DNA of 64,000 bases from positions 6,396,729 to 6,460,728 of the forward strand of contig OZ037770.1 of the NCBI GenBank assembly GCA_964035545.1. The letters are read 5' to 3'. Under the pieces are notes generated by a model. That model was not told the DNA's origin and made no database searches. It saw nothing but the letters and a program-made list of their open reading frames with translations. The DNA is from Bugula neritina. Taxonomy: Eukaryota; Animalia; Bryozoa. Both the position numbers and the translations under genes were made by a program. This document shows, in pieces, positions 52,350-64,000 of this stretch (its first letter is position 1; the number at the start of each line of letters is the position of its first letter).

Positions 52350-55300
52350 GATTTTAACTCAAACACCTGAATGATGTTGTGAGGAAAATTGTTATGGTGT
52401 TTTACAGTGTTTATTCGTGCCTAGTTAAAAGTATATCAAATAATATGGTAATTGTAAACAACATAAGGAAAATTCTTTTTGAAATTTTTCAAAATCTAAC
52501 AATTAAAAAAACATAAATAGATCTTTGGATTGTTGAATTGCCAGTCCCATCTGTACTACATGTATGTTGTCTTTTTCCTGAATTTCAAAGAAAGGTATTC
52601 ATTGCATATATAAATTTAGATGCTAATACTGAACATTTCTTTTCATACTGAGACAAGCTGGCAACTTGCTGATTTATTTTTAAAAATTTCTCTGATATTT
52701 AAATCTCTCAGTCCTTAAATATTGATATGAAAAATAAATGCTATTTCAAATCTTCAAAAAAAAACGTGCCTAACATGATAAATATTCCATCTGCAGACCT
52801 ATAATATAAAATGCTGTGACCAGTTTAAATTTATTTAGCACTGTATGACATCAGAGACGTGGTATGCTATTTTATTTGAAGGATGGTTCTAGAAAAATTG
52901 TCAATAAAATTACTTCAAAGTTAAAGTACTTCATTGTTGGCAAATCACCCAAATTCAGAGTCATTTAACTAACTCATGTAACAAAGAAGTCAATGGCACA
53001 ACTCTATACTGTATTACCCTGAATGCTTTTTTCTTTAGTGAAATCTGCCAAATGGCAATTTTCCAGAATAATGACTAAAATCTATTTTGCTGATGTTACT
53101 TAATTTAGTGCACACTTGAAATTTTAGTTTTTAGCCATCCATATCAATTTTATTTAAATTCCAATCGAAAGGTGTCTATATAATGTTATGATCTGTAAAA
53201 CTAAAACAGCTAGAAAATTAAATTTATGCAGATGCCATGCAATTATATCTATTTTTTGATGCTTGTAGTAGAAAAGAAAACATAAATCATCAATGCAATT
53301 CAACAAAATATTTACTAGCAGTGTTGACTATATTTATTAGTAATATAATTGATAGTGCATACAAGTAAATATTTTATTTAATAACATTAGGAAAAAAGTA
53401 ACTATATCTAAACTTAAGCAATAGAAAATCATTTCTACAATTGAACTAAAATTTGTCTCAGCATCTGCCACTGCTCTTAGCACTGTTGAGTGAAAATGAT
53501 GGCTGGCAAGTATAAACAGGGTCAAATAGTAATTATGAAATAAAGCTGGTGGTGCACTATCTGCATTATTGCTATAAATGAGCTTGTGGAATTGGAGGTA
53601 AGGGACAACCAGAAAACTTATATTGGTGAGAACCTGGTGTCAAAACTCTGGATTCACTTTGGTCAATTTGGTATCAAATTTCCTCTTTTGCTGCTTTTTT
53701 CTGAAGCGAGCAAAAACATGTCAGGTAAAACAATACTGACATTGTATTTTGTCAATTTTATTAAAATAGACTGCTGTTGCATACGTATTTCATTAAATTA
53801 TAGCTTTTGCAAAACAACCTATTATATCTGATCTAATTTATAATTCAGTGTAATGATAAGAATATTTCAATACTCCAGCTTTATCAATAGTTTTGTATGC
53901 ACTTTGTTATGGAATTTATATTGAGATAACTTATTCCTATTATTCCATTACTGTGCTTTAAGTTTTAAAATACAAAGCAATAGATAGCTTAGCTTATCTG
54001 TATAAGAAAGGCTTTGTGAAATCAGATTGTTTATGATCTAAATACTTTGTTTCTGATTAATTCGATCTAAGAGTCAAATAGAATTAGCAGCAGTTACCAA
54101 ATATTTACATAAAAGAGCAAAAGCTTTTTAAAAGGCAAAAATGTAATGATTTAAATATAAAGTTTGGATGCAATTATCATTAGTCTTGCCAATTTAAAAA
54201 ATAAGAACTTTTTTAGCAAAATAATATGCTAAAAAGAATAAAGAACCAACCTGATCAGCCAGGCAGCCCCCACAATCAGCACAGTCAGCAGAGTAACAAT
54301 TATGATAACTGTAGAGATTGTCCAGTATAACAGTGGCTCTAGAAAATTAGTTGATAAAAAGTGTTTAGCGCTACCATGAACATTTTTAACGGTAATTCAC
54401 TTTAGAATTTACTAACACTGATCCTCAAGTGTCTACCGTTTGTTTAACTTTACCTCCAAAATTCTCAAAATGTACATAGTCTATAATAAGTTTATTTTTG
54501 AGCTTTAATACTTTTAATACGTTATCATAATAGACTATCGCCATTAGCCAGTACTAAAACTTAAGATCTTAAAACACTAATTTTTACATAAAACTATAAC
54601 TATACATAGATATATGGATTACAAGATAATTGCTTGTATAAATTTTACCATTATCAACTTTAGGTAGAACTTCAGATATAGACTCCTGTTTAAAAGTCGC
54701 TGAGTGACTAAGTCTATCGGCTATTCCAGCTTTCAGAGTTGCACTAAAAGCTGCAGGTATTTGAGTTGTATTAGAAAGTGTGTATTTAAAAGTGGACTCT
54801 TGATTCGAATTTGATACTCTGATGTCTGCCAGACATTTGTTTGACTTTGAACAGATTGTGAGAATAAAATATCTTTGAATCTGCAAATATAATCTTGTAA
54901 AAAGATTTTTTTTATTTTTCATATAAGTTTTTCAAAGCCTATTCAACATGTTTATTATAATAATTTAAATTATTTGTTTGCTCATTGACTATTATTGAAT
55001 TGTTTCACAACCTATGTTTTTAATTCCTGGTTGTTATTCAAAAATCGTCAAGAAAACCAACAGAGATTTGTCCTTTATAAAGCCATTGTTGTAATTTTCA
55101 ACAGCATTCTCAAGTGTATGATAACTTCAAATCACAATAACAATTCTAGTTTGAGAGAAACTTATTATTATTAAACATATTATAATGCAACATTATTTAA
55201 TAAACAACTCACACTGTTAGGTTTGACACTCCAGTAAAAGCTAATGTTTGACGGATCTATTATGTACTTGGCTTTGATGGGTTGTGCTGGTGCTAAAAAC

Positions 55301-57387
55301 AGCTTAATATTTGTCAAAACTATTTTTATAGGCCTGCACAGGTAATAAATGCTAGTCATGAGTGAAATTATGGGTCAAGCACAATTAATAATCTTTTTGT
55401 TAGTAATTTAAATTTTGCTCTGTATTTATTGGTGATGTAAGACGCCACAGACACCAAAAGAGTTAAGCTAAAAAAAGCACTTTTGTGCAAGAACCTTTAA
55501 AAAACATGAAAGTTCAGTTTTTGGTGCATCTAAGTTTAAATCAATTTAGCTAATAGCCTAAAATATGAAAACGTTTTTCAGGTAAAAAATTTTCCAATTT
55601 TTTCTAAAATTGCAAAAACATTTGTTTTGTCTAACAAAGCTTTTACCTATGTTGCTTGCTTTTAAAAGTTTCCTTGAAATCATATTAGGTTGTGTATGTG
55701 TAATTTATTTGGTTGGTCATGGCCTTTTTTTGTTAGTCTGAGCAAAGCAGCAACTACTTTACTTTTTAGCCCAACACACAGACACAGAAAATGCAGTCTA
55801 AACTATTATGAGTGTTTGTAAGATTTTAAGGCAACTTAACAATTCAAATAGGTTAGTGAGCAGTTGTTCTTTCAAATACAGGAAATACAATTGTGCATAG
55901 CAAGAACTAGTATTCTTAAAATGACCAAATATACAGGTAATTCTCCAAACTACAATGTCAATAATTGCCTCTCTATTACTAGGCAATTTCAAAAAGCAGG
56001 TTAGACTAATACCATATTATAAGTTTAGATCTTACCAGAATGGAAAACCGAAGTAAAATTGTTCAATGATGAAACTTTCATTCCTTTTATTGAAACCGAG
56101 GTCCATGAATCGAAGGAGTAAATTTTCCCGTAAGTAAATTGGGTAAGTTTCCATACATTATGAGCTGCCTGAAACATTTAATTTTTTTTAATTAATTTAC
56201 CACACATGTCTCATAAAACAATTGGAGAGCATATTAAATTCTAAGGTTAAATTGTTTTAGAAGCTTTTTGCTTGAAGCCTTTGGAAAAGAAAACTAAAAT
56301 CAATACTGACTGTCCAAAATGCATTTAGAAATGGAAAATCTAAAACTGCATTATGGTGTTGCTTGTCTTACTTTGATAAGCAATATTTTGAAAAAACTAT
56401 TAGAACATTTAGTTTTCTTTATAGCTAGATCATGCAGGTCTGAAAAAAATTTTCTGTTTTTCTTTTATTATTTGCAGATCAATTATGCCAGCTAGCTGCG
56501 GTAAAAAATTATTGTCGTTTTTTCATAATCATATGGTTTAAGTTTTTATCTCTTTTGTAATAAACAGTCAAATTTATTAATAAAACCACTAAAATAATTT
56601 TGTGAAATTTGCATAATTTTTACTTAAAGATTTATCTACAGATAAGCATATTGACCAAACCTTAGTAAGATTGTTACGTATATAGTGACAAATAAAGTAA
56701 GTAGAATATCTTAGCCAAAAACTAAATTAGAGGGTAGTACGAGCAAGCAGTCGGTATGTTGATACACCAGTCTATCAGCTAGATATTATGGTTTTGTAAC
56801 ATCAACAACTCTTGAAGCAATACTTGGCCAGCAACATCCTTTTTGTGCTAATATAATTTTCCCATCACTCCAAGATTTGCCTTAGAGTTAGGTACTTCTT
56901 GCTCAATACTGAAAACTGAATATTTTTGTGATAAATTGCAGTACTGATATAAAAAGTGTACGAATGAATAAAAGTTGTATTTGCATGCTTACTTTATTGC
57001 TTTTGCGTTTCTGTTCTTATGTGTTTGTGTTTGTGTATGTTTATCTGTGTGTTGGTCTGTGTATTTTTATGCATATTTGTCTGTGTGTTTGTCTGCTTAT
57101 TTGTCTGTGTGGTTTTCTTTGTGTTTGTCTGTTTTTGAATTTGTAGTATATTTTACATTATTTAGATGAACCTTTTCTAATAGTACTGATTCAGAAGTAT
57201 CTGTATATAGCCATGGACCTGAAGTTCATCAAAATTACTTTTTTCTGATGATGGTAGAATGACATCTATTTGCAGTTCATCTTCTTTAACAGTGATTTTC
57301 ATATCTGTTGGTGGAAGGGGATCTGACAAAATAGAAGTATTTTTACGTTTACTATTTATTTATTGACTTTTTGTTATTAAAAATTCT

Positions 57388-57815
57388 GAGTCAGTTTACT
57401 TCATTTAGTACACACCAGCAACTTATGACCTAATATTAAAGTTAGCTCAAAATCAATTGAAATTTACTATACATGATATTCCTATGTGCTGGTTTTAACT
57501 ACGCATAACAGAAAAGGCTGGGAGGGGATTCCCCAACATTAAAGCACAGGTCATTGTCATATGCACTTAATATTCTATATGTGCGGACCGTTACCGTTAC
57601 GAAAAAACCGTAACGGTCCGTAACCAAAACTAGCTGAATAATTAGGGAAAAACATGGGAAATGAAGCAAAATTAAAAAGAACTTTGATTATTTAGGTGTA
57701 TTTATTGGTGTTTTACTAGTTTTGGCCAAAAAACCATGTTCATTACCAGCTAAATTGTGAAAAATAGCCAAAAACTGAAGATATCCAGTGTGTACTAAAT
57801 TAAGTAAAATGACCC
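57388..57815. mobile_element. Sola2-like MITE, TSD TTCT
   Basis: TTCT|GAGTCAG...ATGACCC|TTCT; empty site in A and B intron 9. Confidence 0.9.
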
Positions 57816-58452
57816 TTCTATCAATGAACACACTGTTCAAGTTTCATTGAATTTTTAAGCAAATATAGGAAGTTATAATTTTTAAATGTTTCTTTTTTCA
57901 AGCATGGACAGCTTTTGAAAAAGCAATTCATGACTTGAAGAGCTGATTAAAACAAGAGGCAGTTTTCGTTATAGACAAAAGTTGAGAAGATGAATATGTG
58001 AAAAAGTTTACCCACTCAGTATGAGATCATACACAGGGCTTGTACTGCTACTCTTAGTCTGCTCTATTGTTAATGTGTATGAAAGTTGGTAAGCTTGGCC
58101 AAACTTCAAATTTAATATTTCAGTCTAAAATATGCACACAGAATAAGAAATGAGCTTCATATTTAAATTCATCTTACTGCAAAATACAGTCTATAAACAT
58201 ATGTAACCGCATGTAACCAAGCTTTCGCACAATTATTTTAATTTCAGCATATTTATAAGTTAAGTGCTAGAAAACAATTTAGATAATATTTAGATCTTTT
58301 ATGCTTTTTATTGATCTTGTTATTTACATTATCGAGTTTACAATTTTAATAGGTTTACTCCAGTAAAGTAATGCTATTACAGTTTTGTTAATTTTCTTGT
58401 TGCTGAGTTAATCATGCATTTTTTTGTGCTGAAGCTCACATTCTACTTTGAT

Positions 58453-61031
58453 CACAGTTAGTTTAAGGTCACACTTTTCATTTTCTGGCTCTTTGCCAGG
58501 TGCTTTATGTTCTATATGAACAATGTTCCACTGATAGCTCGAACAGGTTGAATGTCACAGGAACAAAAAAATATGAAAAGATAAAGAAACTTATGTTCTC
58601 CAATATACTTTTTTATTTTTTTCAAAAACCAATTCATGTTTAAGTTATAGCTTGTTGAAAAACATAGTCCCCCTTCCACATTCTTTTCAATTTATACGCT
58701 CCTGACTTGTTATTGCGTCTCAATATGCCTTGTATTTGAGTGCTAGTTAGTCTCGCTTCACTAACTTTGCCTATACTTCACAAGTGCCAGTGCTGCTGGC
58801 TCAAAAGCTAAATGTTATAAACTGTCAGCTAAAACCCAATCTTGTATTCCTAGGTTGGTTGGCCTAAATAAAACAATAGTCAAATCATGATTTCATGTTT
58901 TAAAAATTTACTCTATTCTAACCTGCTGCCTAGCTATAGTTCTATTTTTGATGTATAATTACAAAATTTGTGATACATTTTTTTGGCAACCATGTGATTT
59001 ATAAAATGCAGTAATGGTACTTATAATATTATATTATTATCATTATAATATATTATATAGTATTATGTGTGTTTTTATTATACTGCATAATATCTATTTT
59101 ATTATTGTTGTTGTGCAAACAAGTGCAATTAACCTAGTTTTCAAAATGTACCTCTAAATTATCAGAATATCAGTTTAGATATGTTCATGCTTTGTAAGGT
59201 AAACCTAAAAAAAGAGGCTGTATTCCCAAAGTAAAGGGTGTTGAACTATGAACTATATTAGATTAGCCACTCTGCTACCAAGTGCATCAGTATAATATTA
59301 TATGAATAGCTCTGATGCTTTGTCTCCGGTGGCTGGCTGCGATATGATAACTTGGCCAACTTCCAAGAGTTTAAAATTGGCGCAATTATTCAAGAGGTTA
59401 CATACTGCACAGAGCTAGCAGTGATAGTAACCTTGCTATTGGCAGTACTTATTACAACTGCCAGCATATAAGCTGCATTGTAGAATGCTGTTGGGGTAGG
59501 CTAGTAAAACCAAATTCTGCTCTCTAATATACCTTAGACACAATGCAGCAACACAATTTTTAGTTTCAAATTACATTTGCCACCCTTACATGAGCTGTGG
59601 GCTTCATAAAGATTCATATGATTAGAGATTTATGCTATAGGCCCTATCTGTGCTAGTGTATGATGAAAATAACACACCATTGTCAAAGTTAACTTCAAGT
59701 ATGTTGTTTTCCAGAAACTCAGTAATGTCCATTTATCTCTCGCATGCAAATACTTATGTAATAGCATACAGTTTAAGTTTTATTTTAGAGCACATCTGCA
59801 AACTCTACAATAAGAGCTTGCTTTACCAGTCTATTTCAGACCTGTTTTTGTAGCTAGCAATACGCAAGCTACTTATTTTTTAAACTTTTGGGTTATTTGT
59901 TCAAAACCATTAGCTTTGCTAGTAACCCGAGACTATTGCAACAGTTGACTGCTATCAGCATCAATTGACAGCCTAATAATTATAACCCATTTGCGCGCGA
60001 AATATTCATGTAATGATAGTTACTCATATAGTGCGCGTTTTAATATCGATGACTGCGTGGTCCAGAGGTTAGAGGCGTCAGCGAGGAGTTGGTTGGTCAT
60101 GGTTCAACCCTGTTTTGTTGCAATTTTTTTATCAACTTATGCAAATCCTACGCATGTATAATAAATATGGCTATAATTGTAAAGTTTTTTTTTAACTTTT
60201 GTTCAACAGTAAGACAACATACATGCATAATAATTAGACACTGAACACTGGACTAATCCTTAAATTGATCTTATAGAATACAATGTACTTAAAATAATCA
60301 TATGCGAATTAGAGAAACTGAAAGTACACCTGCTGTGCTATAGACAGACCTTTACTGACAAGACTGCAAAGTGAAGTGATTTAGCTGAAATTAACTCTGC
60401 CAAACAAACAAAGAATTATGTTGTGCTGAGGCATTTTCAATATATTATTATTGTAACATAGTGAGATGATTCAGCTAAGCGCTAATGTAAAACAGGGAAC
60501 ATTATATTGGCAGAAATCCAATTGATTGCCAATTTGTGCGAGAGGGTACTATATGTTATTGTGATAGCGCAGAGCGCAAACGTACTAGGAATGTTATAAT
60601 TAGTCACAGGAGCGTAGCTAGAACCACCATATGAAGAATTTAGAAAATTGCAGTGAAACTTGCAAAATGGTGTATGTTTTTACCAAATTGTGAAGAGCAT
60701 AAACAGAATTTCAAAAAACAAAGAAAGTATATTAGAGAAAACATATCAAGGAATGTCAAGTTTAACTTTTAGACTTTATAAAATGAATCCCCTGTGCTAC
60801 AGCAGTGGAACATGGAGGGTGTAAAATTTTACTTATTATGCAACAACTTTCTCAGAAAATTTTTTATTGAAAAATTAAAAAAGTATATGAAAGAGGAATG
60901 CAAGAGCTATCTTTTCATGTAAAATTTGTTAATGTGAGACAAAAACTGTTCGAGCTATCCCCTGGAAACCGTTTATATATAACATAAAGCAGTGCTTGAA
61001 TCTGGAAAGTAATGACCTTAAACTAACTGTG
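58453..61031. mobile_element. Longer member of the CACAGTTAG-TIR family, TSD AT
   Basis: Ends match 32826-34044 almost exactly (inverted), with ~1.35 kb extra internal sequence (~58993-60340); empty site TTGAT|AACAG in A near 15908. Confidence 0.9.
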
Positions 61032-64000
61032 ATAACAGTAACTGTGTTCAGTTAAAGCAAATTACAATTGATGATACAGAATACCCACCACTGTTGAGCT
61101 GGTATGAGAAAGTACTTCTGAAGCTTTTGGGTTAATATTAAGTTTGAGAGTGAGGTGTTCATTAGGGGTGAATTCTTCCCTTTCAACTTTTATTATGGGT
61201 TTATCAGCACTAGATATTTCCATACTTGCATTTAGGATCAAAGGAGCTTCACCATCTGCATCAGATGTGTCAGAGTACAATACATAAATTTATGTATAGG
61301 CTAGCTGAGATTTTGTTCGGTCATGCATAGCATACCAGATTGTATGTAGCAGGTTCGTTGTTGCATTTGTGTAAACTTTATCAATTAGCTTTTGTTCGAT
61401 AAAACTACTTTGAGATCAAGAGGAGTGATGATATACTAGGTACTTGTTTATATTGTTTACCTTTCACAGTCAGGAATTTTTAGGTAGTAAACCTAATTGC
61501 TCATAACATGTATATACTGTCTACAATTATTGATTTTATGTATTGAGCTTTTAAATATGATTTGGTTGTGCATCCTGGTTTAGGTTATTAAAACGTTATA
61601 TAGGTAAAAAGTATGGCATAAGCCTGAGATCCTGGCAGTCTGCTTTCACATGACATGCTACAAAGAAGGAATGTTCTCAGACAGGAAAATGTTTATATGA
61701 GCATGTCTGGAGGACCCGAAAAGAGGTGATAGTAACATAACAGCAAAAAGATAGGCCAGTTTCATGAATAATCTGATAAAAGAAGGAAAGATTGCAAAGA
61801 GTGACAGTCAGCAAATTTATTTTGAAGCTCAACTAGAGCAAATAAGAAAACCATATGAGATTGTTCTTGCCCGTGAAGCTTATAAAATCTTTAGTTCTGA
61901 GAAGCAGAGAATAATATCTATTCAAATGTTATATTAAAAGCCCTTTGTGTTAACTGATGCTAATTAATTTAAAGTTTGATATCTTGAATGAACACAAGTA
62001 ATTAGAGATTAACCAACTTAAAGGTTAGAAGCATGTACTCCTCTTGTTGCAGTAGAAACTGATATAGAATTCAAATTCCAAAGTTTCTAAAGATTTTTGG
62101 CTTTTTAAAAAAAATAATGTTAAAGAAAAACGTTACCGATGACTACTGGTGTACTTGTTTTTCCTGCTGAATACCAGTCTGAGACAGGGCCCTCTCTTGT
62201 GAGTGTTGAAAACAACTTGCAGGTTAGAACCTCTCTCTTAAGACTAGGTGTAGTAGTGTTGTTATAGTTTATTAGGAAGCTTCGATTGAGAGTTTTCTCT
62301 GTATGAAAAATTAATTATTTTAACCACAAAGTCTTTAACACAAACCAACTATTTGAAATACACCTGTAAATATATACTTCAAACATGATAGCCTTCTATC
62401 AGTTTTTTTTGTTGTTGACAAATTTGCTTTATTTTGTTTTTAAATTGTTGAAGAAAAAATTGGTTTTTGGTCATTTTTGATAATTTCTAAACACCTTATA
62501 TACATGTAAAATATATAGATATATTTCTGAAACACCGTGTGGCTTCTGAAAACAGGTTCTCTAGATCATCACTATATGTAGCTATTCAGTTCATAAAACC
62601 AACTATTTGTATGTAACAGCTGTTCCTTCATGTTGTAAACATCTTTGTATTTTCAATAAATCAAGCTAGAATATCTCTTTTATAAAAACAAGCAAAACTT
62701 TTTTTATCAACTTTATTCCAAGATTACAGATATTAGTTTCAAGAGAATATAGCCTACAAAACTATTCTTTTTGATGATACAGATAGAAAGTTTACAATGA
62801 TAAAGTTCATAACTTTATTGTACTCACAAGAATTTTAATCATACAGTTTAATAATTTAAAATCATTTAATAATTTGAGAAGATATTAACATTCTCTACTG
62901 ACAAAGTCATTGTCTTTTATCACATGCTGCTATTATTAGTTCTGGTTTTAATGTTCTCTTTTTACCAAGCTACTGTGTTGTGATGAGAAAATTAAAAAAT
63001 ACAATAATATTCCTTATAAAGCAAATTGACAAAAAAAAATTATTTCCGCAGACCTAAATTAGCTAAATAATGAGGAAAACTCAAAAAGAATGAAACAAAA
63101 TAAAAAATCACCTTGATTATTTAATTGTATTCAACGGTATTACAATAGTTTTGGAAAAAATTCCAATATATAAATTTACAGCTAAAGTAGGAAAAATGAC
63201 TAAAAACTTAAAATAAATATAAACTGACCTGTTATATACACATATTCTCATCAAATGCAGTATGACTTTAGAATTTGTGAGATCCTTTACCAAGCCAATT
63301 TCAATTAAACATGAATATAGTAATGAAATACTAGCAAAGACTGCATAGTGTCAAAATAAAAGCTATCACTGCCCAGTTTTTTTCACAAATCGCTAAGGAA
63401 CTCAAAAGAGAAGAGTGGAGATTGCTGAACATTTGATGGCTTCTTTCAATAATTACATTTTTGCATTATATCTCTGCTTTGATAAATTAAGCTACTAGTT
63501 TGACCGTGCACCTTTAGATCTACACTTGGTTATCACTGATCATTTTCTCACGCAAAGCCAGATGTTTAATATTAAAAATGACAATACTATTGTCAAGAAC
63601 AAAAGGCTTCAATAATAGAAAGCTGAGTTGTGCATTAAAACCAGTATATATTTTCCTAGAATGTTGTTTAGAGACATAAAAAAACTGCCTATGCACAACA
63701 TACTTTGCATCTGTTTAGTATCTCGTAATTAGACATAAAAAAATCAAAGCCAATTATAAGGCAAAAGACCATAATACTGTACTATCATTGGATAGTTCTT
63801 CATCAATAAACAGGTAGTCGCCAGTGGTGGATATGAACCCCTCCTAGATGTTTCTCGTACTTCTTCCTCAAAAAACATTTTCATTAAGCCAAAAAGAAAT
63901 AACAATACACCTTTTTAGTTGACACTTTTTAATTTCTGACTGATATTTCACCTTATTTCCAATTATAATTAACTTTTAACCGGCACTTTTCTTTGTAGTA

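Larger units (their letters stand above)
53640..62298 (-). pseudogene. Receptor copy C (exons 7-15; 5' exons beyond the window), frameshift and premature TAG in exon 10
   Basis: Exons 62298-62137, 61255-61089, 58124-58016, 57322-57172 (151 nt vs 152/149), 56168-56036, 55292-55213, 54880-54649, 54338-54251, 53700-53640. GGC TAT ATA CAG... leads to TAG at 57179-57177. Confidence 0.75.

Overview
AT-rich invertebrate (metazoan) genomic DNA, not prokaryotic. The window is dominated by a head-to-tail tandem array, on the minus strand, of a 15-exon gene that I assembled by hand from splice sites and reading phases. Copy A (30623->7007, ~755 aa) and copy B (52349->31890, ~730 aa) are complete. Copy C (>62298->53640) has its 5' exons outside the window and a frameshift in exon 10. 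Predicted product: a type I membrane protein with a signal peptide, five FN3-like domains, an F-type lectin (fucolectin) domain that lacks the fucose-binding residues and appears inserted inside the second FN3-like domain, one TM helix and a cytoplasmic tail. The N-terminal domain is far more divergent between paralogues (~50-60% aa identity) than the rest (up to 90-97%). A 10-nt indel gives a long tail with Tyr and proline motifs in A and short tails in B and C. This looks like a paired, diversifying recognition-receptor locus (immune or allorecognition-like); that function is inference. The introns carry Ty3/gypsy remnants (one flanked by inverted LTR copies), LINE fragments, several MITE families with target-site duplications (TSDs) confirmed against empty sites in the paralogues, a tRNA-derived SINE, and a type I hammerhead ribozyme element embedded in (TA)n. 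The 3' exons of a convergent plus-strand gene with an in-frame TGA occupy 1-1520. All alignments and counts were done by eye; no searches were run.
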